This document shows positions 57,705-64,000 of a stretch of 64,000 bases of DNA, in pieces. Origin of the DNA: Eledone cirrhosa (lineage: Eukaryota); assembly GCA_964016885.1 (NCBI GenBank), contig OZ024741.1, positions 151,280,001 to 151,344,000 on the forward strand, written 5' to 3'. Position 1 is the first letter of the stretch, and each line of letters begins with the position of its first letter. Position numbers and translations under genes: made by a program. The notes under the pieces were generated by a model. That model had not been told where the DNA came from. It worked only from the letters and a program-made list of their open reading frames with translations, and did not search any database.

Positions 57705-58489
57705 TCCATAGCCTATTCCCAATTCCGCCGTCTTCGTCGACTCTGTAGCCAGGACGACGATTTCGAGACCCATTCCCTTCGCATGGCTTCCTGCTTCATC
57801 CAGCGTGGATATCTTCCCACCTTGATCTAAACTACTCTCACCCGCGCCCGTGAAGCAGACCACACCACAGCCCTCTCACCTCACCCCCGCCCTCCCAACA
57901 CCCGTGTTCCTTTCCCTCTCACATACCCCCCCATAACCCTACCACTCCGGCGACATATCCTCCGTTCTTTCCGTATCCTCTCTTCTGACCCCGTCACTCC
58001 TCGCTTTTTTCCAAACCTACCCATTACTGTTTTTAAGCGCGCTCGAAATCTCTGTGACCTCCTGGTTCGCAGTTCTTTTTCGTCCTCTCCCAGGACTCCA
58101 CCCGGCTCTCATCCTTGTTCCCGTTCCCGCTGCAACACTTGTCCCTTTATTTCCACCTTCACCACTCTTACAGACCCTAACAGGTCTTTCCGTATCCGCC
58201 ATTCCTTCACCTGCACATCCACCCACGTTGTCTATGCCCTCCAGTGTTCCCGGGACGCCGTATGGTGGACTGTTTTGCCGAACATTTGAGGGACATTAGA
58301 CTCAGTTTGGATACTCCTGCCGCCCGTCATTTCTGTTCTCCTGGTCATTCTTCCTTACATGTTTCAGTCCTTGGTGTCCTTTTACATCATCAATCACAGG
58401 CCTCGCGCACCAGTACTGAAGAAAGTCTGATTCACCGTCTTAGGTCCTATTCCACTCTTGGACTCAACTCACCTCCCCAATTTCTCTAA
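57705..58489 (+). pseudogene. Penelope-like (Neptune-type) ORF C-terminus: RT thumb, Cys linker and GIY-YIG endonuclease, disrupted
   Basis: Manual translation gives SIAYSQFRRLRRLCS..FIQRGY; FKRARNLCDLLVRS; PCSRSRCNTC; FTCTSTHVVYALQC; FAEHLRDIR..PAARHFCSPGH..EESLIHRL..LGLN. The YIG segment is missing. Confidence 0.88.
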
Positions 58490-58720
58490 TACCCCGTCCA
58501 TTATCACACCCCTTGTTTCCTATCACTTTCTCTTGATCATTAGCAGCTTCTCTTACTATTAATACATGCCGATACACACGCTTATATTAACATACTCTTG
58601 TTCATAGCTTCGTACTTACATGCACACACACTCTTTTACTCACATATACACACACATTTCCTCTTAGATTCGTACGGACCTATAATAAGACACACACACA
58701 GGCACACATACACACACACA

Positions 58721-58803
<83 letters not shown>

Positions 58804-58820
58804 TGTTATTTCTGTTTACC

Positions 58821-59255
58821 TGTACTAGTTTCAAGCTTATTAGCTATTGTCAGCAACGTATGCCTTCCTGCCAGATGATTGAACGTCTGAAAGTATATAC
58901 TTTCCTGAAGCATATTAACGGCTGAGTAGCCCAATTTGCATATCGAGTGGGTTAATATGCATAAGGAAAGTATATACTTTCAGACGTTCAATCATCTGGC
59001 AGGAAGGTATACGTTGCTGACAATAGCTAATAAGCTTGAAACTAGTACAGCGTTCTTTGTCAGTGTTGCACAAACGAGCAACGATTGTTGCTAGACACTA
59101 CGACTTAATACGGGATGTTTGTTTACAAACACACCGAGCATTTTAATAAATGTTCGGTGAATCCATACGTACATATATATATATATGTGCATGTATGTAT
59201 ATATATATACATACTACTGTACGTCTGTATACATATATGTATGTACGTATACATT

Positions 59256-59258
<3 letters not shown>
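58821..59258 (+). mobile_element. Divergent monomer of the HHR array family with 5' inversion; HHR 59011-59053 (G8A)
   Basis: acgttg-CTGACAA-tagctaataagctt-GAAACTAGTA-cagcgt; inverted arm 58821-58920. Confidence 0.8.
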
Positions 59259-59316
<58 letters not shown>

Positions 59317-59368
59317 TACAATGAAATGACAGGAGGCTGGACCTGTGCAAATCCCTGAAAGGTCCACC

Positions 59369-59426
59369 ATACTATGATCATTTCCATGACCGGGCTCCGC
59401 ATGAATCCGGTGACACCATCAGGCAC
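59369..59426 (-). ncRNA. Degenerate hammerhead in a short (TA)n-flanked element (59317-59522)
   Basis: Reverse complement: gtgc-CTGATGG-...ccgg...ccgg...-GAAATGATCATA-gtat. Confidence 0.5.
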
Positions 59427-59519
59427 TCGAAATACAACACGTGAATGCAATAGGTAAAATCCATGGGGCTGAAAATCGAGACCCGAGGGCGACCGCTATT
59501 CTGTTCCTTCAACCTCAGC

Positions 59520-59568
<49 letters not shown>

Positions 59569-59570
<2 letters not shown>

Positions 59571-60960
59571 CGGGTTAAGAGGCGAGGCTGTGTGGTTACT
59601 GAAAACGAAGTGTAGAAGGTAATCAGGGCACAAACAAGAGGAGAAAAATTTCCCTTCATCAGCTGTTTACTACGGATCTTGGATGTTTCGGCGCTTAAAG
59701 CAGAACATCGATCTGTAGCGCGCCCATGGCCTTTTATCCATCAAAAGGCCCTGAAGGAAAGAAGTGATAGTGGAGAGGAAGGAAGAAAGAAAAAGGGATG
59801 AAAAAAAGGAAACAAAGATAAAAAACGAAGTAAACATACCGATAGAAGGCGGAACACAGGACAATGGCACATGTATGTAAGTAACCGAAGAGTAAATAGA
59901 TCAAGTTATACCAAGCCGATGGGTATAAGCCCGGTGGACGTAAAAATAGAGGAGGTAGGTTTTCCGTGGCAATTCTGAGTAAAGTGAGTGTAGAGAGAGA
60001 GAAAGACGGAAAAACCGGAAGTGAGAGGGAGTCGCGGACATAGGGAGTGAGTAGGAGAAGGGAAAGTTAATCCGGAAACAAGAAAATGGATAGGGAGGAA
60101 GAGAGAGAGAGAAAGCGAGAGGGGGGGGGGGGGCTGAGAGAGAGGGAGAGAAAGAGAGAGAAAAAAGGAGGCAGTCAGTCGATCTGAGAGCGTGGTGGAA
60201 CATAAGTCCGGCCAGGGACAACAAATCGAGCAAGACAGGTAGATAGAAGGTCACAACAGTAACTACAAATATACGGGTTAGGATGAGAGGCTGTGGTTAC
60301 TGAAAACGAAGTGTGAGAAGATATATCACACACACACACACATATACAGACACACACATACATATATATATATATATAAGATTATCAGATAAGACTGGTG
60401 ATCCTGTGAGTGCTCAGGTGAAGGTTTAGAGTAACAAATCACGTCTTGTCTGATAATCTTATATATATATGTATGTGTGTGTCTGTATATGTGTGTGTGT
60501 GTGTGATATATCTTCTAACACTTCGTTTTCAGTAACCACAGCCTCTCATCCTAACCCGTATATTTGTATTTACTGTTGTGACCTTCTATCTACCTGTCTT
60601 GCTCGATTTGTTGTCCCTGGCCGGACTTATGTCCCACCACGCTCTCAGATCGACTGACTGCCTCCTTTCTCTCCCTCTCTCTCAGACCCCCTCTCTCTCT
60701 CTCTCTTCCTCCCTACGCATTTTCTTGTTTCCGGATTAACTTTCCCTTCTCCTACCTCTCTCTCTCTCTACCCCTCTTACTCACTATATATATATTCATT
60801 TATTATGGCTATTGGTGAGCTTTGTTACTCTAAACCTTCACCTGAGCACTCACAGGGTCACCAGTCTTGTCTGATAATCTTGTGAGTACGCAGGGGAGAC
60901 TCCATAGTAACAAGGCTTAGCCATAATAAATAAATAGTTAAACTTTACTTTGATATTGAG
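59569..60960. mobile_element. Composite PLE-like region with direct and inverted pLTR-like repeats
   Basis: Direct repeat 59569-59618 / 60272-60320; inverted pair ~60050-60395 / 60445-60756; degenerate HHR 60866-60914 (cttgt-CTGATAA...GAGAC..GTA-acaag). Confidence 0.55.
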
Positions 60961-61859
60961 TTTTCATTCTTATATCCGTCAATATTTCACGTACTCTCAG
61001 GACTTGAATAGTGATCCCCAACCCCCAGTTATCAATTTGTCAGAATCATCCTCCCTCCCACCGCAGTTTTTATCCTAACTCCACCCTTACCTGCTTATTG
61101 AATTTTGCTAATCTATCTCCGGCGAAATGTTATTATAAGTGATTCATATTGATAAAGCAGCTGGAGAATCTAATAATAATTTTATTTTATATTAAAACAT
61201 TATATATGACAAAAGAAGAACATTACAAGAAAACCCATATTTACGAACGTTCACTTTACAATTACTGATTTCCCAAGCCCCCTTCCCCCCATTATTGCCC
61301 CCTCCTATAATTTGAGAGCCGAGAGTGCCACCAAACTCTCCTCCATCCTATGTCTATCGCACAAAACTCTCTTTTAATCCCCCTCTCTGTATCAACTAAA
61401 CCAAACTCTACCCCTCTCTACACCTACCACGACACCGCCTCTCTTATCCCACTTTCTATAACTAAGACTAATACACTCTCTCACTCTCAATAGATATCTA
61501 CACTTAACCCTCCCAATCCCTCTCTAAATATCAATCACCTTTAAACCCTCCCCTCTCTATATCCATTACATGGCACTCTCTCATTATCCATTTCTGTATA
61601 TCAACAACCACCAACTTCTCCCTCTCTTTATATCTAATACAGGGAATACTGTATTATATATATCTACTACACAAAACTCTCTTCAAATTCCTCTCGCTAA
61701 GTCAATAATCATTAATCTCTCCCCCTCTGTATATCTACTATACGGAAATCTCTCCCAATCTCCTCTCTATATCAATGACCACCAAACTCTCCCCCTATAT
61801 ATATCAACCATGCAACATACGCTCCCAAATTCACACAAATATGTATGTATTTGTATATC

Positions 61860-61936
<77 letters not shown>

Positions 61937-62054
61937 ATATATATATATATATATATATCCAGGGAGTGCAACAGGAAGTTACTGTAGGTTCGCCCTGGTG
62001 AGCACTCGATGTTTAGGTTCATGTCAGTGCCGCGGTGTAGAGCGAGACAGAGTG

Positions 62055-62320
62055 TAATATAATAATAATACAAGGGCGATTAGTTAAGCCTTCACTACGC
62101 TTATTAATTGGTGACGTACGTTTCGCTATTGATCAGCTCAAAGTTCGATCTGACCCGACTCTAGAATCAAAAGCTCGTCGGACCTCTGCTGGTGTAATGA
62201 CGGAATGCACATATATATATTCATTCTGTCGAACCTTGAGCTGATCAATAGCGAAACGCGCTTCACCAATCAAATAAACGTAATGAAGACTTAACTAATC
62301 GTCTTTGTTTTATTATATTA
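62055..62320. mobile_element. Family N fold-back element with HHR 62110-62184 (-)
   Basis: Reverse complement: ggt-CCGACGA-gct...agc-GAAACGTACGTC-acc; partial + arm at 62229-62315. Confidence 0.7.
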
Positions 62321-62338
62321 TCATATATACATACATAC

Positions 62339-62399
<61 letters not shown>

Positions 62400-62408
<9 letters not shown>

Positions 62409-63356
62409 TTGAAATGTTGTCTATGATTGCCTATACAATATAAGGTTAGATAGGTCTTTCTGCTAGCCATCGCATTCCTGTGATTTATGAGTATCCACAA
62501 TAATGTTGGAGCTACGAATTGTGGCAGGTGATAAAGACTTCTATAAACTATATATATATAAGCAGAAGGGATATTCAATTTGTTGGTAATTCAACAAATA
62601 TAAATGTTTATAACTGATTCAGAGCACTATCCAGGGATAACTTGAACCGTTAAGGTATATTATCCTTGGTTATGTCAAAAAACACACTTCGTATTTTATC
62701 TGATGATAGCGTACCAAAATGTTGGTACCCTTGACATATATATAATAGAATAAATATGGTTTTATATATATAGTTTCCATTATTTAATATTATTGTATAT
62801 ATACATATATATATATATATATAACGAAGGAAATGGATAAGGAACCAGATGGACCATAACGCACCAAAGTACTCAATACATAGGGTAGTAGAGTGGGTAA
62901 TAGGAACGAGTAGGACCCCGACGGCTGAGCTCAAGCCGTTTCGACGGCTAATTCTGGACGCAATGATATTAAATAAATGGAAACTATATATATAAAACCA
63001 TATTTATTCTATTATATATATTTCAAGGGTACCAAAATGTTGGTACGCTATCATCAGATAAAATACGAAGTGTGTTTTTTGACATAACCAAGGATAATAT
63101 ACCTTAACGGTTCAAGTTATCCCTGGATAGTGCTCTGAATCAGTTATAAACATTTATATTTGTTGAATTACCAACAAATTGAATATCCCTTCTGCTTATA
63201 TATATATAGTTTATAGAAGTCTTTATCACCTGCCACAATTCGTAGCTCCAACATTATTGTGGATACTCATAAATCACAGGAATGCGATGGCTAGCAGAAA
63301 GACCTATCTAACCTTATATTGTATAGGTAATCATAGACAACATTTCAATGATATAT
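62400..63356. mobile_element. ~390-bp inverted repeats (family G-related, HHR 62692-62752 + and 63005-63065 -) enclosing a family D tail (62821-62960)
   Basis: Arms are near-identical; left core has GACA, right core has GAAA. Confidence 0.75.
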
Positions 63357-63384
63357 ATATATATATATATATATATGTGTATGT

Positions 63385-63760
63385 ATCATCATCATCATCA
63401 TCATCAGGTTTAGCGTCCGTGTTCCACGCTTGCATGGGTTTGGACGGGGGTTTTCCCACTTGAGGCAAGAGTGGTTGTCTTGCTCGCATAGGACTGTCTG
63501 GCGGGTTTTCTACAGTTGGATGCCCTTCCTAACACCAACCACATTTACAGTGTGGGGCTGGGAGGTTTTTACCGTGTTGCCTACACGGCCACATTACAGC
63601 GTGGACTGTCTGGCGGGTTTTCTACAGCTGGATGCCCTTCCTAACACCAACCACATTTACAGTGTGGGGCTGGGAGGTTTTTACCGTGTTGCCTACACGG
63701 CCACATTTACAGCGTGGACTGTGTGTTTTTTGTCGTGACACCTACACGATCTCATTTGTT
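63385..63760 (-). mobile_element. Retroposon with (GAT)n tail and an internal ~111-bp tandem duplication
   Basis: (tca)n-ggtttagcgtccgtgttccacgcttgcatgggtttggacg; ggatgcccttcctaacaccaaccac occurs twice. Confidence 0.6.
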
Positions 63761-64000
63761 TCGGCCTGGATGTTGTGGGACCAACATAACTTTACATTGA
63801 AAGGGGCGGTGTGGGTGGGGTGGAGGTGGTGGGACGGGGGTGTGTTTTGATAGAGATGCCTACTGACTGTAGTAGGTTTTTACTTTGTATTTAGGTAAGG
63901 CGGGTCTTCTCTATTACCGAGTACCGCCAAAGGTCTCGGTCCAGTGACATTGTCTTGGAGAGGTGTAAGCGTGTGAGGTCGGAATTTATCAGCTCGTCCC

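Overview
AT-rich, microsatellite-dense animal DNA with no recognisable host gene. The SINE and LINE repertoire resembles an octopus (coleoid cephalopod) genome, which is an inference. Almost all explainable sequence is mobile DNA. It includes a near full-length Tx1/L1-clade LINE and a 5'-truncated Dong/R4 RLE-LINE sharing one (TAA)n tract, and three stacked Tx1-like copies in (ATCT)n. It also holds a Neptune-type Penelope-like element (PLE) GIY-YIG remnant, an RTE 3' end, a decayed mariner, a TA-target MITE, non-autonomous Helitrons and many tRNA-derived SINEs. The main hidden signal is invisible in the ORF track: roughly 30 type-I hammerhead ribozyme (HHR) cores in more than 10 sequence families. 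Most lie in short fold-back (inverted) PLE-like units embedded in (TA)n. A tandem array of ~470-bp non-coding HHR monomers (40791-44033), each with an octamer and a TATA-like box, looks like a retrozyme or newt-satellite-2-like self-cleaving repeat. All structures were read by eye; no folding, alignment or database search was run.
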